Both the position numbers and the translations under genes were made by a program. Under the pieces are notes generated by a model. The model did no database searches and was not told the DNA's origin. It worked only from the letters and a program-made list of their open reading frames with translations. 64,000 nt of DNA from an uncultured Acidimicrobiia bacterium (GTDB lineage Bacteria > Actinomycetota > Acidimicrobiia > Acidimicrobiales > CAIXPF01): NCBI GenBank assembly GCA_903921205.1, contig CAIXPF010000205.1:26657-90656 (forward strand), read 5' to 3'. Shown here piece after piece: positions 18,370 to 27,515 of the stretch. Numbering within the stretch: position 1 is the stretch's first letter; each line of letters begins with the position of its first letter.

Positions 18370-18407
18370 CCGCTCGGGGCGAATCGACGTCGATTCGCCC
18401 CGAGCGG
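18370..18407. repeat. Perfect 38-bp palindrome containing core repeat copy 2 (18380..18397)
   Basis: The sequence CCGCTCGGGGCGAATCGAC|GTCGATTCGCCCCGAGCGG is exactly self-complementary, with 19-nt arms. It is intergenic. Its central 18 nt match the core found at 7880, 28470, 28500 and 59506. Confidence 0.9.
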
Positions 18408-18473
18408 ACGCACTCGTGATCTGCTTGCTCCCCGTTCCACTTCCAAGAGTGAAAAATTGACCGCTATAGGTGG

Positions 18474-18671
18474 TCATGCTCGAGGGAGGGTTCGAAGGAG
18501 GCGTTCGAGGCGGCGCACCCCCGAACGCAGGGAGCGTTCTGCTTCCTCGAGTTCGACGGCGTGCTGTTCGGCCTTCACCCGGAACTGCTCGTCGGCCAGG
18601 GCTGCCACACGTGCGGTGAGCTCCTCCAGCGAGGACGTGATGGTGGACAGCTGCGCGGCGAGGCTGGTCAT
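18474..18671 (-). CDS. Possible small coiled-coil protein (65 aa)
   Basis: This is the tail of track ORF 18474..19013, from the ATG at 18671 (MTSLAAQLSTITSSLEELTARVAALADEQF...). Third codon positions are GC-rich, but there is no clear Shine-Dalgarno sequence and no family match. Low confidence. Confidence 0.35.
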   Translation of the reverse strand: MTSLAAQLSTITSSLEELTARVAALADEQFRVKAEQHAVELEEAERSLRSGVRRLERLLRTLPRA

Positions 18672-18742
18672 CGGGCCACGGTAGGCGCGTCGATACGTCC
18701 GAACGGACGAGCGTTCGGCCCGGTCGGTAGCGTTGGGGTGCC

Positions 18743-20038
18743 ATGTTGAAGCGACTCGATGTCCGCGGTGTGCCGCTCGAGGCTCTCCGCCACGCCCTAC
18801 CCAAGCCGCTCGCCGCCGGCGAAGAACCGGTCGCCGCCGTTCGAGAGATCCTGGATGCGGTCGAATCGGACGGCGACGAGGCGGTGCGCGCCTACACCGA
18901 GCGATTCGACCAGGTCCGCCTCGAGCAGCTTCGCGTCCCCGCCGAGGAGCTCGTAGCGGCGCTCGCGGGCCTCGACCCGACCACCAGGGCGGCGCTCGAA
19001 GCTGCGGCAGCATCGATCAGGGCGTACCAATCGGCCACGCTCACGCCGCCGCACACCCACGACGCCGACGGGGTGACCATCCGTTCCTGGCGTCAGCCGG
19101 TGGCCCGAGCGGGCTGTTATGTGCCCGGAGGTCGCGCCATCTACCCGTCGACGGTCCTGATGACGGCGATCCCGGCCAAGGTGGCGGGGGTCGAGGAGGT
19201 TGCGCTCTGCGTGCCGCCGAACCGGGAGGGCCGCGTTCCCGCAGTAACGCTTGCAGCTGCCGCCGTCGCCGGGGTGGACGAGGTGTACGCCATCGGCGGA
19301 GCACAGGCCATCGGGGCGCTTGCGTTCGGTACGGAGTCCATCCGGCCGGTGGATGTGATCGTCGGCCCAGGCAACGTGTACGTGGCGATTGCCAAGCGTG
19401 AGGTGGCCGGCCGCGGTCTGGTGGCGATCCCGTCGGCCTTCGCCGGCCCGTCCGAGGTCGTCGTCGTGGCGGACGAGACGGTGCCGGCAGAGTTCGCAGC
19501 CATCGACGTCATCGTGCAGGCCGAACACGGCCCTGACGGCCTGGCGTGGCTGGTCTGTTGGTCGGACAGCGTGGCCGACGCGGTCAGCGCAGCCATCGAG
19601 CGCCTCGTGGAGTCGGCACCACGAAAGACAGAGATCCTCGCGACGCTCGAGCTCAATGGCTATGTGGTCGTGTGCGACGATCCGGCCCAGGCCATCGAGG
19701 TGGCGAACGTCATCGCCCCGGAGCACCTGCAGCTGATGTGCGACGCTGCGATCGCCGAGGTCGATCGGGTCCGCAACGCCGGCGCCGTGTTCCTCGGGCA
19801 GCACGCACCGGCTTCGATCGGCGACTACGCCGCCGGCCCGAGCCACACCCTGCCCACCTACGGTTCCGCCCGCTTCGCCTCGGTGCTCTCGGTGGATGAT
19901 TTCACCAAGCACATGCACACCATCGAGGTGACCCCCTCGGGGTTCGAGCGGCTCGCCCCCCATGTCGTCGCCCTCGCCCTCGCCGAGGGTTTCGACGCCC
20001 ACGCCTCCTCCATCACCCTGCGTCAGGCTGCCCGATGA
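18743..20038 (+). CDS. hisD: Histidinol dehydrogenase
   Basis: 431 aa with a collinear HisD pattern including QAEHGPDG and the C-terminal HisD region. First gene of the his operon. Confidence 0.95.
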   Translation: MLKRLDVRGVPLEALRHALPKPLAAGEEPVAAVREILDAVESDGDEAVRAYTERFDQVRLEQLRVPAEELVAALAGLDPTTRAALEAAAASIRAYQSATLTPPHTHDADGVTIRSWRQPVARAGCYVPGGRAIYPSTVLMTAIPAKVAGVEEVALCVPPNREGRVPAVTLAAAAVAGVDEVYAIGGAQAIGALAFGTESIRPVDVIVGPGNVYVAIAKREVAGRGLVAIPSAFAGPSEVVVVADETVPAEFAAIDVIVQAEHGPDGLAWLVCWSDSVADAVSAAIERLVESAPRKTEILATLELNGYVVVCDDPAQAIEVANVIAPEHLQLMCDAAIAEVDRVRNAGAVFLGQHAPASIGDYAAGPSHTLPTYGSARFASVLSVDDFTKHMHTIEVTPSGFERLAPHVVALALAEGFDAHASSITLRQAAR

Positions 20039-21108
20039 CCACGCAACACATCCGACCCCGTGACGACCTCGCGCTGATGGAGGGCTATCACTCCCCACAG
20101 GTCGACGTGCCCGTGCGGCTGAACACCAACGAGTCGCCCTTCCCGCCTCCGCCGGCGTTCGGTGAGCGCCTCGCTGCGTCCGTCGCCGAGGTGCAGTGGC
20201 ACCGCTATCCCGATCGGGCGGCGAGCGAGCTGCGCACCCGCATCGGCGAGTTGCACGGGGTGGGTCCTGAACAGGTCTTCGCTGCGAATGGCTCGAACGA
20301 GGTGCTGCAGACCCTGCTGCTGACCTACGCCGGCTTCGGACGTACCGTCGCCACGTTCGAACCCACCTATGCGTTGCATGCCCACATTGCGCGACTGACC
20401 GGGGCGGGCGTCATCGAGGGCGAGCGGGACGACGAGTTCGTGCTGCACCTCGACGAGGTCGACCGCGTCCTGGCCGCCGGTGACCCCCAGGTGCTCTTCC
20501 TGTGCTCGCCCAACAACCCGACAGGCCGCGAGGAGCCGCGGGCGTTGGTCGAGGCGGTGCTCGAGCGCATGACCGCCCGAGGTGGCCTTCTCGTCGTGGA
20601 CGAGGCATACGGGCAGTTCGCGTCGTGGTCGGCCGTGGATCTCATTGGCGAGGACACGCCGTTGGTGGTCACCCGGACCTACTCGAAGACCTGGTCGATG
20701 GCGGCGGCCCGGCTCGGTTACCTGATCGGCCCGGCATGGGTGGTCGCCGAGCTCGACAAAATCGTGCTGCCGTACCACCTCGACGTGCTCAAGCAGCAGG
20801 CCGGGGTCATCGCCCTCGAGCTCGCCGAGGACATGGAGACACGGGTGGCCGCCGTGGTGGCCGAGCGGGAACGGGTGATGGACGTGCTCGCGCAGCTCCC
20901 CGTCGACGTATGGCCCTCGGGTGCCAACTTCGTGCTGTTCCGTCCCCGGAGCCGTAGCGGCGCCGACGTGTGGAACTCGTTGTTGCAGCACGGCGTGTTG
21001 GTGCGAAACTGCGCCTCGTGGCCCAGGCTCGAGGGTTGCCTGCGCGTCACGATCGGTACTGCGGCCGAGGACGAACTGTTCCTCGCCGCCCTGAAGGAGG
21101 CTCTCTAG
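20035..21108 (+). CDS. hisC: Histidinol-phosphate aminotransferase
   Basis: 357 aa class II aminotransferase with the PLP-lysine region YSKTWSMAAARLGY. Overlaps hisD by 4 nt. Confidence 0.9.
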   Translation: MTTQHIRPRDDLALMEGYHSPQVDVPVRLNTNESPFPPPPAFGERLAASVAEVQWHRYPDRAASELRTRIGELHGVGPEQVFAANGSNEVLQTLLLTYAGFGRTVATFEPTYALHAHIARLTGAGVIEGERDDEFVLHLDEVDRVLAAGDPQVLFLCSPNNPTGREEPRALVEAVLERMTARGGLLVVDEAYGQFASWSAVDLIGEDTPLVVTRTYSKTWSMAAARLGYLIGPAWVVAELDKIVLPYHLDVLKQQAGVIALELAEDMETRVAAVVAERERVMDVLAQLPVDVWPSGANFVLFRPRSRSGADVWNSLLQHGVLVRNCASWPRLEGCLRVTIGTAAEDELFLAALKEAL

Positions 21109-21702
21109 ATGGCGCGACAGGCGCAACGCAGCCGGGTCACCAAGGAGACCTCCATCGAGGTGCGCCTCGACCTCGACGGGGCCGGTCGAAGCGAGATCTC
21201 CACCGGCATCGGCTTCTTCGACCACATGCTCGACCAGTTGGCCCGTCACGGTGGGATGGATCTGGTCGTGCGTTGCGAGGGTGATCTCCACATCGACACC
21301 CATCACAGCGTGGAGGACACCGGCATCCTGCTCGGCGCCGCCCTCGCCGAGGCGCTGGGTGACAAGGCCGGGGTGCGCCGGTTCGCCTCGGTGCGGGTGC
21401 CGCTCGACGAGGCCCTGGTCGACGTCGCGCTCGACCTGTCAGGTCGGCCGTTCCTGCACTGGGAGGTCGATCATCCGGTTGGCCCGGTGCTGTTCGGCAG
21501 CCCGCCCTTCGATGCGCAGTTGGCGGAGGAGTTCTTCCGGGCGGTCATCACCTCGGCCGGTATCACCCTGCACGTCACCCTGATCCGAGGCCGGAACACC
21601 CACCACATCGTCGAGGCGACCTTCAAGGCCGTCGCCCGTGCGCTACGCGACGCCATACGGATCGAGGGTGACGCCATCCCGTCCACCAAGGGCACGCTGT
21701 GA
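21109..21702 (+). CDS. hisB: Imidazoleglycerol-phosphate dehydratase
   Basis: 197 aa with the IGPD motifs GFFDHML and DTHHSVEDTGI. Confidence 0.95.
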   Translation: MARQAQRSRVTKETSIEVRLDLDGAGRSEISTGIGFFDHMLDQLARHGGMDLVVRCEGDLHIDTHHSVEDTGILLGAALAEALGDKAGVRRFASVRVPLDEALVDVALDLSGRPFLHWEVDHPVGPVLFGSPPFDAQLAEEFFRAVITSAGITLHVTLIRGRNTHHIVEATFKAVARALRDAIRIEGDAIPSTKGTL

Positions 21703-22352
21703 CAGCCTCGTCCGGCACCGCGCGTCCCGTGGTCGCAGTGCTCGACTACGGCATCGGCAACCTCCGCTCGGCCCAGAAGGCGCTCGAGAAGGCCGGTGCC
21801 GATGCCCGTCTGACCGCGGACCCGGAGATCATCGCCGGTGCCGACGGCGTGGTCCTGCCCGGCGTGGGCAACTTCGGGCGTTGCATGGAGGCCGTCGAGG
21901 CGACCGGCCTCGGCGCGCTCGCCATCCGGGCTGCAGCGTCGGGGCGGCCGTTCCTCGGCATCTGCGTCGGCCTGCAGATGCTCTACGAACGGTCCGAGGA
22001 AAGCCCTGGGGTCGCCGGCCTTGGCATCGTGCCGGGAACGATCGTTCGTCTGCCCGACGGGGTGAAGCGCCCGCAGATGCAATGGAACCGGCTCCATCGT
22101 GTTCGTCCGAGTGTCCTGCTCGACGGGCTCGGGGCCGACCCCTGGGTCTACTTCGTGCACTCCTACGCGCCGGACGACCTCACCCATGCGGTCGGGACCT
22201 GCGACTACGGCACCACGATCGTCGCGGCGATCGAGGCGGGAACCGTGTGGGGTTGCCAGTTCCACCCCGAGAAGTCCGGTGCGAATGGCCTGCGCATCCT
22301 CCAGAACTTCGTCGCGGCCTGTAACGGCGCCGGTGTCCCGGCGCAGAACTGA
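21699..22352 (+). CDS. hisH: Imidazole glycerol phosphate synthase, glutamine amidotransferase subunit
   Basis: 217 aa with PGVGNFG, the catalytic Cys in ICVGLQML, and a HSY...FHPEKS tail. Confidence 0.95.
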   Translation: MTASSGTARPVVAVLDYGIGNLRSAQKALEKAGADARLTADPEIIAGADGVVLPGVGNFGRCMEAVEATGLGALAIRAAASGRPFLGICVGLQMLYERSEESPGVAGLGIVPGTIVRLPDGVKRPQMQWNRLHRVRPSVLLDGLGADPWVYFVHSYAPDDLTHAVGTCDYGTTIVAAIEAGTVWGCQFHPEKSGANGLRILQNFVAACNGAGVPAQN

Positions 22353-23096
22353 GTGGATGTGACGTTCCGGCTCTTCCCGGCCATCGATCTGCGCAGCGGC
22401 CGATGCGTGCGCCTCTACCAGGGTGATTACGCCCAGGAAACCGTCTACGGCGACGATCCGGTCGCTCAGGCCAAGCAGTTCGCCGATGCCGGTGCGCCCT
22501 GGATACACGTGGTCGATCTCGACGCTGCCCGCTCCGGTGAGCCGGTCAACCGGCCGGTCATCGCCGCGATCGCAGCAGCGGTCGACGTCCCGGTGCAGAC
22601 CGGCGGCGGGGTGCGCTCGGTGGAGGCGGCAGCTGCGCTGTTCGATCTCGGGGTCAGCCGCGTGGTGGTGGGAACGGCAGCGATGACCGACGAGGCCTTG
22701 GTGCCGGCGGTGGCTCGTCTCGGCCGGGTGGCCGTCGGTCTCGATGTGCGCGGCCGCGAGGTGGCGGTCCGCGGCTGGACCGAGGGCAGTGGTGTCGACG
22801 TGTTCGACGCCGTCCGCCGCTTCGAGGGACCGGCCGGTGGTGTGGATGCCTTCGTGGTGACCCAGATCGAGGTGGACGGCACCCATGCCGGACCCGACGT
22901 GACGCTGTACCGCGAGCTGCTGGCGGCGACCGGCGTCGAGGTGGTGGCCTCGGGTGGCGTCGGCCGGCTCGACCACATCGACGCCTTACGGGGGTTGGCG
23001 GTCGAGGACCGCCGGCTCGGTGGCGTCATCGTCGGCAAGGCGCTCTACGACGGAGCGTTCAGCGTGGCCGCCGCCATCGCCGCCTGCGGGGGATGA
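22353..23096 (+). CDS. hisA: ProFAR isomerase (HisA; a PriA-type dual function cannot be excluded)
   Basis: 247 aa (beta/alpha)8 HisA pattern (LFPAIDLRSGRCVRL, GGGVRS, IVGKALY). A dedicated trpF is present at 34545, so dual HisA/TrpF function is not required. Confidence 0.85.
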   Translation: MDVTFRLFPAIDLRSGRCVRLYQGDYAQETVYGDDPVAQAKQFADAGAPWIHVVDLDAARSGEPVNRPVIAAIAAAVDVPVQTGGGVRSVEAAAALFDLGVSRVVVGTAAMTDEALVPAVARLGRVAVGLDVRGREVAVRGWTEGSGVDVFDAVRRFEGPAGGVDAFVVTQIEVDGTHAGPDVTLYRELLAATGVEVVASGGVGRLDHIDALRGLAVEDRRLGGVIVGKALYDGAFSVAAAIAACGG

Positions 23097-24493
23097 CCGC
23101 CGCGGGAGGCGTCTGGGCTCCCGGTAGCCGCGAGCTGACCGCGGCGCTCGTCGCCTCGGTCACCCTGGTGGGGTCCGAGACCCTGGCCATCGCCACCGTG
23201 ATGCCGGTGGTGTCCGACGAGCTCGGGGTCGCCGGCTACGGCTTGGCCTTCAGCGTCTTCTTCGTCGGCAGCATCGTCGGCGTCCTGCTTGCCGGCCCTG
23301 CGACCGACCGTGTCGGGCCACGGCGTCCCTTCCTGATCGGGATGGGACTGTTCGGCGCCGGGCTCGCGGTCGGTGCGCTGGCGCCGGCGATGCTCGTGTT
23401 GCTGGCGGGCCGTCTGTTGCAGGGTCTCGGGGCCGGGGTGATCCCGGCCGTCGGCTATGCCTGTATCGGACGGGCCTACCCCGAGCCTGCCCGGCCGCGC
23501 ATGCTGGCGGTGCTGTCCACCGCGTGGGTGCTGCCCGGCGTGATCGGTCCAGGCCTCGCCGGCTTCGTCGCCGGGCAGGCCGGCTGGCGTTGGGTGTTCG
23601 GCGGGTTGCTCCCGTTGGTCGTGCTCACCGCGGCCGCGGCGGTTCGGCCGCTCGGACGGCTGGACCCGGCGCCGGCGATTCTCCCGATCGGCGGTCTGCC
23701 GGTGCTCGACACCGTCCGCTTCGCTGCCGGCGTCGGTCTCGTGGTCGCCGCGGTCGACCGGCTGCTGCCCTTCGGCCTGCCGGCGGTGGCCCTGGCGGCC
23801 GTCATCGCCGCCGTCGGGGTGCTCTGCGCGGCGGGTCCAGCCCGCCGGTTGCTGCCGGCGGGCTGGTGGCGCGCCCGCCGTGGGGTCGCCGCTGCGGTGA
23901 CCGTGCGTGGGCTGTTGTCCTACGCGTTCCTGGCGGTCGATGCCTTCGTCCCGTTGGTGCTCACCGATGTGCGTGGGCGCTCCGTGGTGTTCGCCTCCCT
24001 CGCCGTCAGCGTCAGCGCGTTGGTGTGGAGCGCCGGGTCGTGGGCAGCCGAGCGACTCGTCTCTCGTTTCGGGGCCGCGAGGCTGTCGGCGGCAGGTGCG
24101 GCGCTGGTCACGGCAGGCGTGGCGGGGCAGATGGTGCTGCTGATCCCGGCGGTGCCGATCCCCCTCGGATTGGCGGGGGTGGCCGTCGCAGCCTTCGGGA
24201 TGGGGCTGTCGTTGACGCCGCTGTCGATGCTGGTCCTCGATCAGCGCGAAGAGGTGTCCACCGGCCGGGCGTCGTCGTGGATGGCCCTCTTCGAGCAACT
24301 CGGCTTCGCCGCCGGACCGCTCCTCGGTGGCCTGCTGGTGACGGCTGCGCCGATCCCGCCCGGCCTGACCCGAGGGTTGGCGGTGGCGTTCGCGGTTGCC
24401 GTGGCCATTGCGGCCTTGGCAACGGCGTTGCGGCCGCGCTTGCTGCCCGTCGCCCCACCGGGACGGCTCGTTGCCACACCGCCGAGCCGCTGA
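23093..24493 (+). CDS. MFS transporter
   Basis: 466 aa with about 12-14 hydrophobic helices. Overlaps the hisA stop codon by 4 nt. Substrate unknown. Confidence 0.75.
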   Translation: MTAAGGVWAPGSRELTAALVASVTLVGSETLAIATVMPVVSDELGVAGYGLAFSVFFVGSIVGVLLAGPATDRVGPRRPFLIGMGLFGAGLAVGALAPAMLVLLAGRLLQGLGAGVIPAVGYACIGRAYPEPARPRMLAVLSTAWVLPGVIGPGLAGFVAGQAGWRWVFGGLLPLVVLTAAAAVRPLGRLDPAPAILPIGGLPVLDTVRFAAGVGLVVAAVDRLLPFGLPAVALAAVIAAVGVLCAAGPARRLLPAGWWRARRGVAAAVTVRGLLSYAFLAVDAFVPLVLTDVRGRSVVFASLAVSVSALVWSAGSWAAERLVSRFGAARLSAAGAALVTAGVAGQMVLLIPAVPIPLGLAGVAVAAFGMGLSLTPLSMLVLDQREEVSTGRASSWMALFEQLGFAAGPLLGGLLVTAAPIPPGLTRGLAVAFAVAVAIAALATALRPRLLPVAPPGRLVATPPSR

Positions 24494-24536
24494 CCCCGTC
24501 AGGCCGGTGTCCGGCCGGCCCGGTGCCCGCCCCGGC

Positions 24537-25961
24537 TCAGTGTCCGGACGCGAGCACGTCGGTGGGGGTGCCCCCGGCCGGTTCGGGTCCGGCCCCCGGC
24601 CCCGCAAACGGTTCCGGCCCGCTGATCGCGCCCGATGCCGCTGTCGATGCCGAGCTGGTCGGTACGTCGAGCCGGCCGAGCCGCACGAACTGCAATGAGG
24701 CGGCCGAGGGGCTCTGCGTCGCCCAGGCCTGGATGTAGGGGTCGCCGGTCACCAGCACGATCTGGTGGTAGCTGGCGAGTCGGTGCACGGTCGCCAGGAG
24801 TTGCTGGACCTCTGCTGGGGCGAGGCCGGCGAAGGGATCGTCGAGCAGCAGCGGAAGGCGTTCGTGGCGTGCGCCGAGCCCGCGCAGCTCGATGACCCGG
24901 TCGACGAGCACCCGGGCGGCGTCCGCGGCCATGGAGTCCTCGGCGGCGAGCCGGTGCGAACCCAGCCGGCGTAACTCGGTCTTGCGGATGGCCAGCGCCT
25001 CGATCTGGCGCCGGTAGGCGAGCACCCACGGCAGCGACGCGCCATCGGTGAGCGCCTCCCAATCGGCACGGGCGGCCGCATGGGCCCGATCGGCTTCGAT
25101 GAGGGTCTGGCGGAGCAGGGGATCGGCCATCGGTCCGACCGTCGCCGCCAGGCGATCGAAGCGGGTCACGCCATGGGGCGCCAGCACCGCCCGTTCCTGA
25201 CGACGGATGCGCCACATCATGAACCGGTCCCCGACGGTGACGGCGGCGGACACCGCAGCGAGGAGCAGCAACGCATCGGCGGTGAAGGCGTTGTCGCCGA
25301 CCCGGTCGTGCAGGGCGGTGAGCACCAGACCGATCGCCACACAGACCGCGGTCAGCAGCGGCCCGATCCGTTGGACCGGGCGGTGCTCGCGCAGGTGGTC
25401 GACGGTCTCGTCGTGCAGTTCGGCCAGCTTCTCGAAGGCCTCGACATCGGCGAGCTCGGCACCGGGGAGATCGTTGTGGGCCGCATCGAGCTCGGCGCGG
25501 GTGCGGACCACGTCGTCGGCCGCCGCCCACAGCCGGGCCTGGTCGAGCGCTGCGAGGCGCCGAGCCAGCGGATGATCGTCGGTGCCGGTGTCGAAGCCAC
25601 GGTCGAGCTGGCGGGCTCCGAGGCGCAACACGTGCGCTGCCCGGTCGGCGCCCATCCCGACCCAGCTGAGCACGTCGAGACCCTGCGGCGTGCGGAACTC
25701 GTCGGTGACCTCGGCGCCGGCGTCGACGTCGATGACCTGGCTCGCCCCATGGAGGGGCCGGAAGACCACGAGATGACGGTGATCGTTGTCGATGATCTCG
25801 AGATGGTGGCCGGCACTCGCGGGGCCGAGGGCATGGACGAGTAGCGACAGGCATCGGCTGCGCATCGCCGGGTTCTCGTGGAACGCGACGGTCAACCCCG
25901 CGTGCAGGTCGAGCGTGAAGGTGCTCTGCGGTTCTTCGACGACGAGTCGCTGGATTTCCAC
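24537..25961 (-). CDS. SMC/RecF-like protein with a degenerate P-loop and a central transmembrane hairpin
   Basis: The GTG at 25961 is preceded by GGAAG (track ORF 24537..26120). The N-terminus has an SMC-head-like strand pattern ([34 protein letters not shown]) but lacks the GKS/T of Walker A. A long helical middle part contains two hydrophobic segments. The C-terminus has a Walker-B-like [12 protein letters not shown] followed by QIVLVTGD. Confidence 0.55.
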   Translation of the reverse strand: MEIQRLVVEEPQSTFTLDLHAGLTVAFHENPAMRSRCLSLLVHALGPASAGHHLEIIDNDHRHLVVFRPLHGASQVIDVDAGAEVTDEFRTPQGLDVLSWVGMGADRAAHVLRLGARQLDRGFDTGTDDHPLARRLAALDQARLWAAADDVVRTRAELDAAHNDLPGAELADVEAFEKLAELHDETVDHLREHRPVQRIGPLLTAVCVAIGLVLTALHDRVGDNAFTADALLLLAAVSAAVTVGDRFMMWRIRRQERAVLAPHGVTRFDRLAATVGPMADPLLRQTLIEADRAHAAARADWEALTDGASLPWVLAYRRQIEALAIRKTELRRLGSHRLAAEDSMAADAARVLVDRVIELRGLGARHERLPLLLDDPFAGLAPAEVQQLLATVHRLASYHQIVLVTGDPYIQAWATQSPSAASLQFVRLGRLDVPTSSASTAASGAISGPEPFAGPGAGPEPAGGTPTDVLASGH

Positions 25962-26055
25962 TGGCTTCCGATCCCGGACGGCTCGGCCCCGAAACCTAGT
26001 GGCAGCGGTTCGGCGAATCGGTGACCCCGCCGAGCGCCCGCCTAACATCGCACCG

Positions 26056-26826
26056 GTGTACGCGGTCCGAGTGATCCCCTGTCTCGACGTCGACAACGGT
26101 CGGGTGGTGAAGGGCGTCAACTTCGTCGGCCTCCGGGACGCCGGCGACCCGGTGGAGCTCGCCGCACGTTACGACGCCGAGGGCGCCGACGAGGTCGTCT
26201 TCCTCGACATCACCGCCAGCTCCGACGGTCGTCGGACCATCGTCGACCTGGCCCGTCGCACGGCCGAGACGCTGTTCATCCCGTTCACCATCGGCGGGGG
26301 CATCCGCAGCGTCGAAGACGCCCGGGAACTGCTGCGCGAGGGCGCCGACAAGGTCTCGGTCAACACCGCTGCCGTGCAGCGACCGGAGCTGGTCGACGAG
26401 CTGTCCGTCGAGTTCGGGGCCCAGTGCGTGGTCGTGGCGATCGACGCCCGCCGCAGCGACGCCACCGCCTCGGGCTTCGAGGTGTTCATCCGGGGTGGCC
26501 GGACCCCGACGGGGCTCGACGCCGTTGCCTGGGCGCAGGAGATCGAACGTCGTGGGGCGGGTGAGATCCTGCTCACCTCGATGGACCGCGACGGCACCAA
26601 GGATGGCTTCGACCTGCCGCTCACCCGGACGGTGAGCGAGGCGGTCAACATCCCGGTGATCGCCTCCGGCGGGGTCGGTACCCTCGACCACCTCGTCGAG
26701 GGGGTTCGCGACGGCAAGGCCGACGCAGTGCTCGCAGCGTCGATCTTCCACTTCGGCGAGTACACCGTGGGCGAGGCCAAGGCCACGCTGCGCGACGCCG
26801 GTTTCGCCGTGCGCCCAGCCGACTGA
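26056..26826 (+). CDS. hisF: Imidazole glycerol phosphate synthase, cyclase subunit
   Basis: The GTG at 26056 gives [23 protein letters not shown]..., and the HisF pattern is collinear to the end. I rejected the upstream part of track ORF 25786..26826. Confidence 0.95.
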   Translation: MYAVRVIPCLDVDNGRVVKGVNFVGLRDAGDPVELAARYDAEGADEVVFLDITASSDGRRTIVDLARRTAETLFIPFTIGGGIRSVEDARELLREGADKVSVNTAAVQRPELVDELSVEFGAQCVVVAIDARRSDATASGFEVFIRGGRTPTGLDAVAWAQEIERRGAGEILLTSMDRDGTKDGFDLPLTRTVSEAVNIPVIASGGVGTLDHLVEGVRDGKADAVLAASIFHFGEYTVGEAKATLRDAGFAVRPAD

Positions 26827-26864
26827 TCGACGGTCGACCGATCGACGGTCGGCCGGTCGGCCGG

Positions 26865-27515
26865 TCAGGTGCTGGCGGAACCGAGCTGTCCGACGAAGGC
26901 TGACACCGCCTCGATCAGGAACGCGCTGTGGCCCCACAGGAAGTGGTCGGCGCCGGCCACCGTGACCACCTCGGTGTTCCTCCATCCGGCCACGGTGGCG
27001 GTCGCCTGGGCCGGCGGGTTGTACTGGTCGTGTTCCGGGCACAGCAGCAGCTTGGGCCGGGGGTCGTCGGCGACCGCGGCGAACCGTTCGGCGGCCACCA
27101 CCCGCAGCGGTGGGGCGATCGGGCTCCAGCCCGCCACCAGCGGGTGCGGCGTGGCCAGCGAGACGTCGGCACCGAAGGACCAGCCGGCGACCACCAGCGG
27201 GACGCTGAGGCCCCGCTCGGCCAGCGCCGCGGCGAGGGCATCGATGGCCGCGGTGACGTCGAACTGCTCGGCGCCGCCCTGGTCGTGGGTGCCGCTCGAT
27301 GCCCCGACGCCCCGGAAGTTGAACCGCAGGGCGGCGATATTCCGCTGGGGAAGGGCGCCGAACAGGGCGTCGGGCACCCCGTCGCGCATCGATCCGCCGT
27401 AGAGCGGGTGGGGATGGCACAACACCGCAGCACCGCGCACGTTCTCGGGGAGATGGATCTCGGCCTCGAGCCGTTCGCCATCGGCGGTCGTGAGCACCAG
27501 CGATTCTGCAGCCAT
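26865..27515 (-). CDS. Alpha/beta hydrolase fold protein
   Basis: The ATG at 27515 gives MAAESLVLTTADGERLEAEIHLP.... Contains HPHPLYGGSM and GWSFGA (a nucleophile-elbow-like motif). 216 aa. Confidence 0.7.
   Translation of the reverse strand: MAAESLVLTTADGERLEAEIHLPENVRGAAVLCHPHPLYGGSMRDGVPDALFGALPQRNIAALRFNFRGVGASSGTHDQGGAEQFDVTAAIDALAAALAERGLSVPLVVAGWSFGADVSLATPHPLVAGWSPIAPPLRVVAAERFAAVADDPRPKLLLCPEHDQYNPPAQATATVAGWRNTEVVTVAGADHFLWGHSAFLIEAVSAFVGQLGSAST

Noticed and set aside
18197-18742. A histidine attenuator or T-box upstream of hisD
   Set aside because: There is no mini-ORF with a run of His codons, and I saw no T-box specifier or terminator architecture. Only the 38-bp palindrome and a short CCGAACG/CGTTCGG hairpin are present.
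26825-26866. Tandem 15-mers (GATCGACGGTCGACC / GATCGACGGTCGGCC plus partials) and other short tandem repeats (5345-5450, 7628-7673, 38582-38602) as possible CRISPR arrays
   Set aside because: The units are contiguous with no spacers, only 7-15 nt long, and present in 2-3 copies. These are simple tandem repeats, not CRISPR arrays.
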